Below, in pieces: positions 19,051 to 28,232 of a stretch of DNA of 60,249 bases. The first letter of the stretch is position 1, and every line of letters starts with the position of its first letter. The notes under the pieces were generated by a model, which did no database searches, was not told where the DNA came from, and saw nothing but the letters and a program-made list of their open reading frames with translations. This DNA is from Deltaproteobacteria bacterium. Its GTDB lineage: Bacteria; Myxococcota; SpSt-1050; JACRCP01. The DNA lies in contig JACRCP010000392.1 of NCBI GenBank assembly GCA_016218965.1, positions 1-60,249 on the forward strand, given 5' to 3'. A program made the position numbers and the translations under genes.

Positions 19051-19842
19051 TCACCTCCCTTTGAATTCGGGCGCGCGCTTCTCGACGAAGGCGCGGATCC
19101 CCTCGGCGGCGTCCTCGGTCGCACGCAGCGGCTCGGCGTGCATCTGCTCGACACGAAGACCGTCGGCGAGCGGAAGGTTCAGGCCCCGGTACGCCGCCGC
19201 CCGCGCCGTCTGGACGGCAAGCGGGGCGCACAGGGCGATTCGCCCCGCCAGCGCCCGCGCCTCGTCCAACAGGCGATCGGCGGGCACGACCCGGTTGACG
19301 AGGCCGAGCCGGAGCGCGGTGGCCGCGTCGATCGGGTCTCCGGTGAGCAGCATCTCCAGCGCCGCGCCCAGCGGGACGGCCCGGGGCAACCGTTGCGTCC
19401 CGCCTGCGCCGGGCATGATGCCGCGCTTGACCTCGGGCAGGCCGAAGGTGGCGTGAACGGCGGCGACACGCAGGTCGCATGCCAGCGCCAGCTCGAGCCC
19501 GCCCGCCAGACAATGGCCGTTGACGGCCGCGATGACCGGCTTTCCGGGGTCCAGGTTTCGGGTGATGCCACCCAGACCCGGCTCGCGCTCGGCGCGCTCG
19601 CGCCGCTCGATGGGCGTCATCGACCGATACCAGGCGCCGATCTCCCTGATATCGGCCCCAGCGCAGAACGCGTTGTCGCCGGCGCCCGTCAGGATGGCGA
19701 CCCGCAGCTCGGCGTCGTCGCGCAGCGTCCGCCATGCCTCGCACAGCGCCCGCGTCATCTCCAGCGACAGCGCGTTGCGGGCCTCGGGCCGGTCGATCGT
19801 GATGACGAACACGTGCCCGTCGCGCTCCGTGCGAATGCTCAC
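19051..19842 (-). CDS. Enoyl-CoA hydratase (CaiD/EchA19-like, both Glu present)
   Basis: RPEARNALS, AFCAGAD, GGLELALACD and GLPEVKRG; GTGA overlap. Confidence 0.92.
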   Translation of the reverse strand: MSIRTERDGHVFVITIDRPEARNALSLEMTRALCEAWRTLRDDAELRVAILTGAGDNAFCAGADIREIGAWYRSMTPIERRERAEREPGLGGITRNLDPGKPVIAAVNGHCLAGGLELALACDLRVAAVHATFGLPEVKRGIMPGAGGTQRLPRAVPLGAALEMLLTGDPIDAATALRLGLVNRVVPADRLLDEARALAGRIALCAPLAVQTARAAAYRGLNLPLADGLRVEQMHAEPLRATEDAAEGIRAFVEKRAPEFKGR

Positions 19843-20255
19843 GCGTGGTCCTCCGTGGCTTCGAGCGGCTCGAAGCCTTCGATGTCCGTGATGCTGCCAG
19901 TCCGTTCCGGCAACAGGCGCGCCCGGACCCGCGCGCCGATGGTCCACTTCGCGCCGGCAGGAAGGAGCCGGTGCAGCATTGCCGTGTCGGCGCCGTCCGG
20001 TCGGACGAGGCCGAAGACTCCCGCGGCGGTCTCGGTAAACGAAACCACCGTGCCCGCGGGGTCGACGACTACCGGCTCGCCGGTCTCCTCGCCGCACCGC
20101 GGGCAAAAGGATCGCGCGGGGCACAGCACGCGCCGGCACGCCGGGCACGGCGAACCGAGGATCCGCCCCTCGTCACGCAGGACGACCAGGAATCGGCTGG
20201 CGGCCCGGCCGGCGGCGTAGGTGAAGGGGATGTGAATCGAGCCCTCGCGGATCAC
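19839..20255 (-). CDS. Zn-ribbon OB-fold protein (DUF35)
   Basis: CPAC...P.RSFCPRC, GTVVSFT, DGADT and VRA motifs. Confidence 0.9.
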   Translation of the reverse strand: MIREGSIHIPFTYAAGRAASRFLVVLRDEGRILGSPCPACRRVLCPARSFCPRCGEETGEPVVVDPAGTVVSFTETAAGVFGLVRPDGADTAMLHRLLPAGAKWTIGARVRARLLPERTGSITDIEGFEPLEATEDHA

Positions 20256-20704
20256 GACAGCACCTCGAAGTGCAGGATGTCGTCCATCGCCCCGCGCAGC
20301 GCGGGCCGCCAGACCGCGCGGACCCGGCTGCCGACGCGCAGGCGCGCCGGGTCCGCCTCGGCGAGGTAGTGGTTGAGCGTGGTGTCGGCGCCGTCGAGGC
20401 GGATGAGACCCATGCCGTAGGGCGCCGGGCGCGGCTCGCCCGTCCGCCCATCGAGAATCGGCGTGTGCACGACCGTCCAGGCGACGAGCGTACCGACGTC
20501 GCGGACCGGCACCCGCTCGGTCATGCGCAGGCGGCAGTTGCCGCAGAAGGGACGTGGCGGGAGATACCGGCGCCCGCAGCCGCCGCAGCGCAACGCCTCG
20601 ATGCGCCGGTCGCTCAGGTCCGCGCAGAAGCGCTCCATCGCTTCGCCCGAGGCGTAGCGCCAGGCGAGGTCCATCGTGTGCTTGACGGCGATCCGTTCGC
20701 TCAT
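20252..20704 (-). CDS. Zn-ribbon OB-fold protein (DUF35)
   Basis: CGGC...PPRPFCGNC, GTLVAWT, DGADT and RVRAVW motifs. Confidence 0.9.
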   Translation of the reverse strand: MSERIAVKHTMDLAWRYASGEAMERFCADLSDRRIEALRCGGCGRRYLPPRPFCGNCRLRMTERVPVRDVGTLVAWTVVHTPILDGRTGEPRPAPYGMGLIRLDGADTTLNHYLAEADPARLRVGSRVRAVWRPALRGAMDDILHFEVLS

Positions 20705-21855
20705 GGCTCGGCTCCGAGCACGACGGCGTCGGCCCAGGCGTAGACGCCGTAGCCCGTAGCGAGGGCGAGCCGCGCGCCGTCCACCTGGCGCGCGCCCCCG
20801 CGGCCGTGGATCTGGAGCGCGGCCTCGGCGACGCGGATGACACCCGAGGCGCCGACCGGGTTGGTCGAAAGCACTCCGCCCGACGGGTTGACGGGCAGCG
20901 CGCCGTCCATGCTCGTAACGCCGTCCTCGATGAGCCGCCCCGCCCCGCCGTCCTCGCAGAAGCCGAGTGCCTCGTACCAGGCGAGCTCGGCGTATGTGAC
21001 CGGTTCGTAGATTTCGGCCACGTCGAGCTCGGCGAGCGGATCGATGATCCCCGCCGCAGCGTAGACGGCGCGCGAAGCGTCGCGCAAGGTCCGCATCGCG
21101 CACAGCCGCCGGTCGATGTCGCCGAGGTAGGGCTGCTCGTGGCGCGTCGCCGTGGCCTTGACCCACGCCGGCCGCGAACACGCCCGCCGCGCGCACTCCT
21201 CGCTCGCGACGACCATGGCGCACGCGCCGTCCGACTGCGGGCACATGTCGAAGAGCCGCACCGGGTGGGCCAGCATGCGCGAGGCGAGCACCTCCTCGAC
21301 CGTCACCTCCGGCGACTTCAGATGTGCGTGGGGGTTTCGCGCGGCGTTTGTGCGTGCCTTGACCGCGACGAGCGCGGCCTGCCGCTCGGTCACCCCCCGC
21401 TCTGTCATGTACTCGGAGATCGACAGCGCGAAGTTGCCGAGCGCGCCCGAGGCCACGGCGCGGTCCCAGAAAGGATCAGTCAGCGCCATGCCCGTCTGGG
21501 TGTGCCCCTCGGAGTGCTTCTCGAAACCGACGACAAGCGCCGTGTCGAACAGTCCCGAGGCAACCTGGTGGAAGGCCGCGATGCAGGCGCTCGTCCCCGA
21601 GGTCCCGCCCGTCGCCACCTTCATGCAGGGCTTGCCGCAGGCGAATGCGCCCTCGCCGGCCCACAGCTCGGGGAACGCGCGTCCCTCGAACAGCTCCATA
21701 TTCGACAGGAGCACGGCGTCGATGTCCGCCGGGCGCAACTCCGCGTCGGCCAGGGCGGCCGCCGCGGCCTCGCGGACGAGTTCCGGCTGTGAGGCGTCGT
21801 CCCGGCAGCGCGCATGCCGCGTCTGCCCCGTGCCGATGATGGCGACGCGCCTCAT
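20701..21855 (-). CDS. SCP-x-type thiolase-fold protein, Ltp3-like (no nucleophilic Cys)
   Basis: NAARNPHA, SDGACA, AEIYEP and VNPSGGVLSTNPVGASG; TGGTSG where thiolases have Cys. Confidence 0.85.
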   Translation of the reverse strand: MRRVAIIGTGQTRHARCRDDASQPELVREAAAAALADAELRPADIDAVLLSNMELFEGRAFPELWAGEGAFACGKPCMKVATGGTSGTSACIAAFHQVASGLFDTALVVGFEKHSEGHTQTGMALTDPFWDRAVASGALGNFALSISEYMTERGVTERQAALVAVKARTNAARNPHAHLKSPEVTVEEVLASRMLAHPVRLFDMCPQSDGACAMVVASEECARRACSRPAWVKATATRHEQPYLGDIDRRLCAMRTLRDASRAVYAAAGIIDPLAELDVAEIYEPVTYAELAWYEALGFCEDGGAGRLIEDGVTSMDGALPVNPSGGVLSTNPVGASGVIRVAEAALQIHGRGGARQVDGARLALATGYGVYAWADAVVLGAEP

Positions 21856-22916
21856 GGCGCCGCCTCCAGGATGGCGACCGCCTGGCCCTGGCCGGCGGGA
21901 CCCCAGGCACCGTGGACCAGTGCACGGCCAAGACGTGGTTCGTCGCGAAGGCGGCGGGCGGCATCCACGAGGCGGCCGAGGCCCGCCGCGCATGGGGCAT
22001 CCCCCGCGTAGAGGCCGCCGCCCGGCGAGATCGCGGCGCTCTTGCACGCGGCGCCGAGGACCTGTCGCAGCAGATCCTCCTCGTGCGGGTAGCGGCACGA
22101 CGGCTCGAGCAGCCCGAACGGCGCGTCCGGAGCGAGCGCAGCCGAGCGGCAGGCGCGGTCGAAGGCACGCCGCAGCCCGGGACGGCTCGAAAGCGGCCGG
22201 TCGCCTGGAGCGTGGGCCTCCAGGTCGTGGCCGGCAGCGACCCACCGGACGGGCAACCCGTCACCGTCAGCCCGGAGCACCACGGCGTAGGCCGCGTCTG
22301 CCGGCGGCGCCTCCATCGCCTGCGTGAGCGGCGAGGCCAGGACCGGGGCCGCAAGCACGTCCTCGGGCGCGACCGCGGCGGCGACACCGTGCGGCGCCGC
22401 GTCGGCCCGCCTGCGGGCGACGACGTGGCCCCATCGTTCGACCGCTTCGGGATCGCGGTCGCACAGCAGGCGCGCCTCGAGGCCCGCGATGGTGCTGAAG
22501 TTGACCCCGAGCGGCTGCAGGAAGATCGGGTCCACGGCCCATGCCTCGATGGCGGCCCGCGGCGCCATGGACGCCTTCCCGTGCGCCACGACCAGCACCG
22601 TCCGGCAGGCGCCGGCCCGAAGCTGACATGCGGCGTGGATGGCCGCGCAAAGGCCATCGGCCGCGATCCGGGTCTCGGGCTTCATCACGGCGCCGATCAC
22701 CTCGGTCACCGCGACGTTGGAGGCGGTCAGGCCGTCAAAGAGGTCCACCGACGCCGTGACAACGGCGTCGATGTCGACCCACCGGACGACCGCGTCACCG
22801 AGCGCACGCTCCACCGCATCGAGCACCATCTCGGGGATCGAGCGCGGATCGGCCGCCGACGGGCCCGACTGGCCGACGCCGGCGACGCCGATCGAGCCGT
22901 GCAGATCCACGTTCAT
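21852..22916 (-). CDS. Thiolase-fold protein, Ltp4-like degenerate subunit
   Basis: SVDLFDG, ADGLCA, HGKAS and C-terminal AAGLGR...ALVHGAWGPAGQ. Confidence 0.8.
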   Translation of the reverse strand: MNVDLHGSIGVAGVGQSGPSAADPRSIPEMVLDAVERALGDAVVRWVDIDAVVTASVDLFDGLTASNVAVTEVIGAVMKPETRIAADGLCAAIHAACQLRAGACRTVLVVAHGKASMAPRAAIEAWAVDPIFLQPLGVNFSTIAGLEARLLCDRDPEAVERWGHVVARRRADAAPHGVAAAVAPEDVLAAPVLASPLTQAMEAPPADAAYAVVLRADGDGLPVRWVAAGHDLEAHAPGDRPLSSRPGLRRAFDRACRSAALAPDAPFGLLEPSCRYPHEEDLLRQVLGAACKSAAISPGGGLYAGDAPCAAGLGRLVDAARRLRDEPRLGRALVHGAWGPAGQGQAVAILEAAP

Positions 22917-24070
22917 CGCGCTCCCTCGCGCGGCTCGAGGCCGCTCGTGCGGGCGATGATCTCGCGCATGACCTCGCTCGTCCCCGCGCCGACGGAAAAC
23001 GCCAGCGAGTCGCGCTGGAGGCGCCCGATGGCGTACTCCTCCATGTAGCGGTTGCCGCCGAAGATCTGGGCGCATCCGTGCGCCACGCCGACGCTCGCCT
23101 CGGCGGCGAAGAGCTTGGCCATCGATATCTCCTGGTTGCAGGGTTCGCCGCGTACGTACAGGTCGATGGCGCGGTAGGTCAGCGCCTCGGCGGCCTCGAT
23201 GCTCGTGAGTGCGTCGGCGAGCCGGTGCCGCCACACCTGAAAGCCGAGGAGCGGCTGCCCGAAGGCCTTGCGCTCGTGGCCGTAACGCCGCGCCTCCTCC
23301 CACATCAGCCGCATCTGCTGGCAGCAGATGAGCGCCAGCACCAGCCGCTCGCCCTCGAAGCCCTGCATGATGAGCTTGAATCCGCCGTGCTCCGGGCCTA
23401 CGAGGTAGCGCGCCGGAACCCGGCAGTCCTCGAAGGAAAGCTCGGCCGTGTCTGAAGCATGGCAGCCAATCTTGCGCAGGCGCTGGCTCTTTCGGAAGCC
23501 CGGTGCGTCCGTCGGAATGACGACGAGCGAGATCCCGCGGTGCCCCGGCCCGCCGGTCCGGACCGCCGTCGTGGCGAAGTCCGCGATGGAGCCGTTGGTG
23601 ATGAAGGTCTTCGTCCCGTTGACGACGTAGTCGCCGCCATCGCGGACCGCGCGGGTCCGGATGGCGCCGACGTCGCTGCCGGCGTCGGGCTCGGTCACCG
23701 CGAGCGCGCCGATGCGCTCGCCCGCCGCGGCAGGCCCCACGAACAACTCCTTGAGTTCATCGGTCCCCGCGCGGTCGATGACCTTGGTGGCGAACTCGGC
23801 GTGGGCCAGCACGCTCACCGCGACGCCGATGGAGCCGCAGCGGACCAGCTCCTGCACGAGCACGGCCGTGGACCAGAAGTCGAGCCCGCTGCCGCCATGA
23901 GCCTCGGACAGACGGACCCCCAAAAAGCCCGGTTCCCCGAGCTTCCGGAACAGCTCGCGCGGCAGGGCTCCGGCCGCCTCCCACTCGAGTGCATGGGGCG
24001 CAATCTCCCGCCCGACGAGCTCCCGCAGCGACCGGCGGAACATCTCGTGCTCTTGCAAAAACGGCGTCAT
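22913..24070 (-). CDS. Acyl-CoA dehydrogenase
   Basis: TEPDAGSD, NGTKTFITNG, KIGCHASDT, FEGERL, RKAFG and GAGTSEVM motifs. Confidence 0.95.
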   Translation of the reverse strand: MTPFLQEHEMFRRSLRELVGREIAPHALEWEAAGALPRELFRKLGEPGFLGVRLSEAHGGSGLDFWSTAVLVQELVRCGSIGVAVSVLAHAEFATKVIDRAGTDELKELFVGPAAAGERIGALAVTEPDAGSDVGAIRTRAVRDGGDYVVNGTKTFITNGSIADFATTAVRTGGPGHRGISLVVIPTDAPGFRKSQRLRKIGCHASDTAELSFEDCRVPARYLVGPEHGGFKLIMQGFEGERLVLALICCQQMRLMWEEARRYGHERKAFGQPLLGFQVWRHRLADALTSIEAAEALTYRAIDLYVRGEPCNQEISMAKLFAAEASVGVAHGCAQIFGGNRYMEEYAIGRLQRDSLAFSVGAGTSEVMREIIARTSGLEPREGAR

Positions 24071-24118
24071 CTCTGCTCTCCTCGCGGGCCGTCCGCCCCC
24101 GATCCGACCCTCCGGCGA

Positions 24119-24161
24119 AAGATAGTTCAGGCGATACTCAGTTGTCAAGTGATACTCAGTA
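24119..24161 (-). promoter_or_regulatory. Sigma70-type promoter of the catabolic cluster with a duplicated operator-like box
   Basis: Minus strand TTGACA (24148-24143), 18 bp, TATCTT (24124-24119); GATACTCAGT at 24133-24142 and 24151-24160 flanks the -35. Confidence 0.7.
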
Positions 24162-24173
24162 CGGAATCGGCGA

Positions 24174-25364
24174 TCACCCGATGAGCACCCGCGGGGCGGC
24201 GGGGTCGATGCGGGCGACTATCTCGTAGTTGATCGTGCCGATCATGGCGGCGAGCTGGTCGGCGGTGATCGCGTCGTCGCCCTGCCTTCCGAGGAGCACG
24301 ACCTCGTCGCCGGCGGCGGCGTCGGGGATGTCGGTGACATCGACCATGATGAGGTTCATGCAGACGCGGCCGGTGACAGCCGCCCTCCGGCCCCGGATCA
24401 AGACATACGCGGTGTTCGAAAACCCCCTGTCGTATCCGTTGGCGTAGCCGACCGGCAGGACGGCGATCTTCATCTTCCTCGTCGCGCGGAACGTACAACC
24501 GTAACCCACGAACGAGCCCGCCGCGACGTCCTTGACCTGAATCACTCGGGTCTTCCACGTCAGCGCGGGCCGGAGATCGATCGGCGTCCGGCCTTCCTGC
24601 GCCGCCGAGACCCGCGTCTCGCGCGACGGCCAGAGCCCGTACATGCCAATGCCCATCCTCACCATCTCGAAATACGTCTCGGGGAAAAGTATCGTTGCCG
24701 CCGAACACGACGCGTGCCTGAGCGACGGCCGTATTCCGGCCCGTTCGAGCGCGCCGATCGCCTCGTTGAACGTCCCGAGCTGTCCGAAAGCGTAGGAGTG
24801 GTCGGTCGTGTCCTCGATGTTGGCGAAATGGGTGTACGCCCCCTCGACCTCGACGGCGCCCGACGCACGAAGAACCCGGCCGGCCTCGATCGCGTCTACC
24901 GACGCCATCCCCTGCCGGTTTGTCCCGGTCTCGATCTTGATGTGCGTGACGGCTCGACGCCCGGTTCGCGTTGCGGCAGCCGCGACTCTCCGGGCCATGT
25001 CGCACGACGGCACGGTGAGCCTGAAACCGCGTTCGATCGCCTCGGGAAGGCCCTTGTCGGAGACATCGCCCATAATCAACACGGGAACGTCGATCCCCGC
25101 GTCGCGCAGGCGGGCGGCCTCGTCGAGGTCGAAGACCCCCAGCCAGTCAGCCCTCCGAAGCCCGGCGGAGGACGGGTCGGCGGCAGCCGCAAGAGCCGAG
25201 CGTGCGGTTTCGCAAAGGCCGTGTCCGTAGGCGTTCGACTTTACGACGGCCAGGAGTTTCCGATTGGACCCTATGAGGCGGCGGAACTCGCCGACGTTGT
25301 GGCGCAGGGCGGCGGCGTCGACCTCGACCCATGACAGTTTGCGATAAGGGGACTCGGAGTACAT
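24174..25364 (-). CDS. alr: Alanine racemase
   Basis: AVVKSNAYGHG PLP motif, HIKIETG..RQG, YTHFA, VRMGIGMYG, GYANG, GRVCMN and GTINYE. Confidence 0.96.
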   Translation of the reverse strand: MYSESPYRKLSWVEVDAAALRHNVGEFRRLIGSNRKLLAVVKSNAYGHGLCETARSALAAAADPSSAGLRRADWLGVFDLDEAARLRDAGIDVPVLIMGDVSDKGLPEAIERGFRLTVPSCDMARRVAAAATRTGRRAVTHIKIETGTNRQGMASVDAIEAGRVLRASGAVEVEGAYTHFANIEDTTDHSYAFGQLGTFNEAIGALERAGIRPSLRHASCSAATILFPETYFEMVRMGIGMYGLWPSRETRVSAAQEGRTPIDLRPALTWKTRVIQVKDVAAGSFVGYGCTFRATRKMKIAVLPVGYANGYDRGFSNTAYVLIRGRRAAVTGRVCMNLIMVDVTDIPDAAAGDEVVLLGRQGDDAITADQLAAMIGTINYEIVARIDPAAPRVLIG

Positions 25365-25527
25365 CTCTTGAACCCTCACCCTGACCCTCTCCCGGAGGGA
25401 GAGGGAGACGAAAAAGAGCTGGTCCGGGGGGAGAGGGGACCACGGTGAGTTCTACCGTTGCCGTTGTAAATGTCCCTCTCCCGCTGGGAGAGGGTCAGGG
25501 TGAGGGTACAAAGCGACGTACTTTGAT
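25353..25527. repeat. MITE-like element, copy 1 (terminal IR ACCCTCACCCTGACCCTCTCCC, core 25372-25507)
   Basis: 22-bp terminal inverted repeats, each arm self-hairpinning; internal GAGAGGGGACCACGGTG shared with copy 2. Confidence 0.85.
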
Positions 25528-25580
25528 TGGCAGTGCAACAGTTCGAATTGGACATATTCGTCATATGGGGGACTTCTTGT

Positions 25581-26840
25581 TCAACGCCTGACCCTTTTAA
25601 CGTCTGCTCCAAGCGCCTTGAGCTTATTCTCGAGGTGCTCGTACCCGCGGTCGAGGTGGTAGATCCGGTTGACGACCGTTTCGCCCTCGGCCGCAAGCCC
25701 CGCGAGGATGAGCGACGCGCTGGCCCGAAGGTCGGTCGCCATCACCTGCGCGCCCGACAGTTTCTTCACTCCCTTTACAAAAGCCGTGTTGACGTCGAAC
25801 TGGATGTCCGCGCCCATGCGCTGAAGCTCCTGGACGTGCATGAACCGGTTCTCGAAGATCGTCTCGCGCACCACCGATGCCCCATCCGCGGTACACATCA
25901 GCGCCATGAACTGGGCCTGCATGTCGGTCGGGAAGCCGGGGAAGGGCTGGGTCATGATGTCCACGCCCCTCGGGCGCCGTTTCATCGAGACCACCGCCTT
26001 GTTCGAACCGAACTTGACGTCGGCGCCGGCCGCAAGGAGCTTGGCGGCCACCGCGTCCACGTGCGCCGGGACGATGTTGGTCACCGCCACGCGGCCTCGC
26101 GTGATGGCGGCCGCGGTCATGAACGTCCCGGCCTCGATCCTGTCGGGGATGATGGCGTGCTCGGTCCCGTGGAGCACGTCCGCGCCATCGACCGTGATCA
26201 CGTCCGTGCCGTCTCCGTCGATCCGGGCGCCCATCGAACGGAGAAGGTCCGCGACGTCGCAGACCTCGGGCTCGCGCGCGGCGTTCTCGATCACGGTCCG
26301 CCCGTCCGCGAGCGTCGCGGCCATCATGATGTTTTCGGTGCCCGTGACCGTGACCGTGTCGAACACGATACGCGCGCCGCGGAGCCGCCGCGCCCTGGCC
26401 CGGACGTACCCGTGTTCGATGGCCATCTCGGCGCCCATCGCCTCGAGCGCCTTGAGGTGGAGGTTGATGGGACGTGCGCCAATTGCGCACCCGCCCGGTA
26501 GTGAAACGTCTGCCTCGCCGAATCGGGCTACCAGCGGCCCCAGAACGAGGCTCGACGCGCGCATCTTTCGCACGAGATCGTAGGGGGCGTCGGGGCGGTT
26601 GAGGCCCGACGGGTCTATTGTTACCGTCCGCCCGTCGCGGCTCCGCGCGGCCTTTGCCCCCATGTGCTTCATCAAGAGGATCGTCGAGTCGACGTCTTTT
26701 ACCGAGGGCATGTTGCGAAGCGTCACCGGGTCTCTGGTGAGGCAGGCGGAAGCGATCGCCGGGAGCGCAGCGTTCTTGGCCCCCGACACGCGGACTTCCC
26801 CCGCCAGCCTGCATCCCCCGCGGATGACCAGCCTGTCCAT
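25581..26840 (-). CDS. murA: UDP-N-acetylglucosamine 1-carboxyvinyltransferase
   Basis: [46 protein letters not shown] and HLDRGYE. Confidence 0.98.
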   Translation of the reverse strand: MDRLVIRGGCRLAGEVRVSGAKNAALPAIASACLTRDPVTLRNMPSVKDVDSTILLMKHMGAKAARSRDGRTVTIDPSGLNRPDAPYDLVRKMRASSLVLGPLVARFGEADVSLPGGCAIGARPINLHLKALEAMGAEMAIEHGYVRARARRLRGARIVFDTVTVTGTENIMMAATLADGRTVIENAAREPEVCDVADLLRSMGARIDGDGTDVITVDGADVLHGTEHAIIPDRIEAGTFMTAAAITRGRVAVTNIVPAHVDAVAAKLLAAGADVKFGSNKAVVSMKRRPRGVDIMTQPFPGFPTDMQAQFMALMCTADGASVVRETIFENRFMHVQELQRMGADIQFDVNTAFVKGVKKLSGAQVMATDLRASASLILAGLAAEGETVVNRIYHLDRGYEHLENKLKALGADVKRVRR

Positions 26841-26950
26841 CGAGGCCTTCTATATCACGCAACGACAAAAAACGCTTGAAACTTTCGTGGAGTTCGGTGC
26901 ATCATTGGTAAGCAAGTTCGAACCGTGCCCCGAAGGAGGTGATTACAGTG

Positions 26951-27025
26951 ATGCGTCGTTTCATGATCCATCGCGTCGTGCACTGCAAAGAAGGGTGTAC
27001 GCGACCGTCCCGGGCAGGACGCTAA
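26951..27025 (+). CDS. Putative 24-aa small protein MRRFMIHRVVHCKEGCTRPSRAGR
   Basis: AAGGAGGTGA at 26933-26942, GTG at 26948 and ATG at 26951, TAA at 27023-27025, then a terminator-like hairpin. Not in the ORF track. Confidence 0.5.
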   Translation: MRRFMIHRVVHCKEGCTRPSRAGR

Positions 27026-27071
27026 AAGGCCCCGGGCGGGCAAATCGTCCGTAACAAAAGTTTTTGAGTAT

Positions 27072-27110
27072 CCGCGGCCCGGATCGGAAGTCCGGGCCGC
27101 GGGGCTTTTT
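27072..27110 (+). terminator. Intrinsic terminator, possibly bidirectional
   Basis: CCGCGGCCCGGA-loop-TCCGGGCCGCGG 12-bp stem followed by GGCTTTTT. Confidence 0.75.
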
Positions 27111-27119
27111 GTCGGGGGA

Positions 27120-28232
27120 TCACCCGGCGAGAAGTCGGGCAGGCGCGGCGAAGGAGTGGACCACGGTGATCGGTCCGGCCGACTCCAATTTGAATCCCCC
27201 GGATGCCGAACGCACGGCGTCGATGCCGACGAGGTCCCCCTGGCCGAGGGCTTCAAGTGCGCGCCGGTCTTCAAGTCTTCTGGACCTGATTGCGATGTTC
27301 TCGATGCCCCTCGCCCCGCAGACGGCCGCCTGACAGCCCCATTTGAGTTTCTTGAACGGCTCGGCGATTCGGAAGAGGTCCTGGCGCGCGGCGGGCGGCG
27401 CGTTCGAGAGCACCGCCCAGTGGAACTTCTGCCGGCGGTGGCGGGCGGTCACGACCCGTTGCAGGGCCGCGGGGACCGGAACGGCGATATCAAAAGCGTG
27501 GGGCGCGGGGCAGGGGGCAACGACTTGCGATCCAAAAGAACTCCAAAGCGCTGCCGCCACGTCGGCGCCTCGCGTTGAGTCCGGCTCCAACACAACCACG
27601 GCGCCCGACCCGCACGCCGAGGAAAGCGCTCTCTTCAGAACCGCCATCCGGCTTTCCTCTTCGTAGATCTCCGAGAGCGCGTTGCACAGGAAGACGACGT
27701 CGGCGGACGGGATGGACGCGGTGGACATGTCGGCCTGGAGCGTCGTGATCGAAACGCGGCCTTCGTAGCGCCCGGCGATCGTTGCGGCCGTTTTCAGGAG
27801 GCTCGGAGACCGATCGATCAGGATCGCGTCGACCCGCCGGTTGTCGCCGGCGGCGCGAAGAGCTTCGACAACGGCCCATGTCGCCGTTCCGGGTCCGGCG
27901 CCGGCATCGACGACCGAAAGTCTCTTCCCGGACGTGAAAGCGCCGAGCGCCAGGAGTTCGGACACGACGAGATACGGCTTGAGGAAGTGCTCGGGCAGGA
28001 AGTACAGCGCGTACGCCAGCGCCGCGTTCTCGCCGTCAATTGCGCGCGGCTCCCCGCGCCCGTAAGCCGCGCTCAGCCTTTCGACCTCGCGCATGACCTG
28101 CGCGGGCGAGAGCCCCGAGCGCACAAAAAGCGATTCGAGGGCGTCGGCGAGCGGAAAGTTCACACCCGACCCAATACCCCGCGCCGGCCCGCCGGTCAAA
28201 CTTCCGAGGGCGCCCCGCCGTTCGGAGCACAT
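27120..28232 (-). CDS. Class I SAM methyltransferase, Rsm22/METTL17-like; start uncertain (ATG 28232 or GTG 28163)
   Basis: AYALYFLP, VDAGAGPGTA, NALSE, VLEP and VAPCP motifs. Confidence 0.75.
   Translation of the reverse strand: MCSERRGALGSLTGGPARGIGSGVNFPLADALESLFVRSGLSPAQVMREVERLSAAYGRGEPRAIDGENAALAYALYFLPEHFLKPYLVVSELLALGAFTSGKRLSVVDAGAGPGTATWAVVEALRAAGDNRRVDAILIDRSPSLLKTAATIAGRYEGRVSITTLQADMSTASIPSADVVFLCNALSEIYEEESRMAVLKRALSSACGSGAVVVLEPDSTRGADVAAALWSSFGSQVVAPCPAPHAFDIAVPVPAALQRVVTARHRRQKFHWAVLSNAPPAARQDLFRIAEPFKKLKWGCQAAVCGARGIENIAIRSRRLEDRRALEALGQGDLVGIDAVRSASGGFKLESAGPITVVHSFAAPARLLAG

Noticed and set aside
17531-19456. Long antisense ORFs (for example 641 aa here, 36537-38483, 30593-32035, 32039-33469)
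   Set aside because: Shadow frames opposite well-supported genes in GC-rich DNA; no recognisable motifs.
13495-23303. Long Arg/Pro-rich N-terminal extensions in the ORF track, suggesting fused or overlapping genes
   Set aside because: Each real gene has an ATGA/GTGA-coupled start downstream; the extensions are off-frame reads of the upstream gene.
9020-24173. Integrative element boundaries around the catabolic block
   Set aside because: No integrase, tRNA or flanking direct repeat seen by eye; only a compositional impression.
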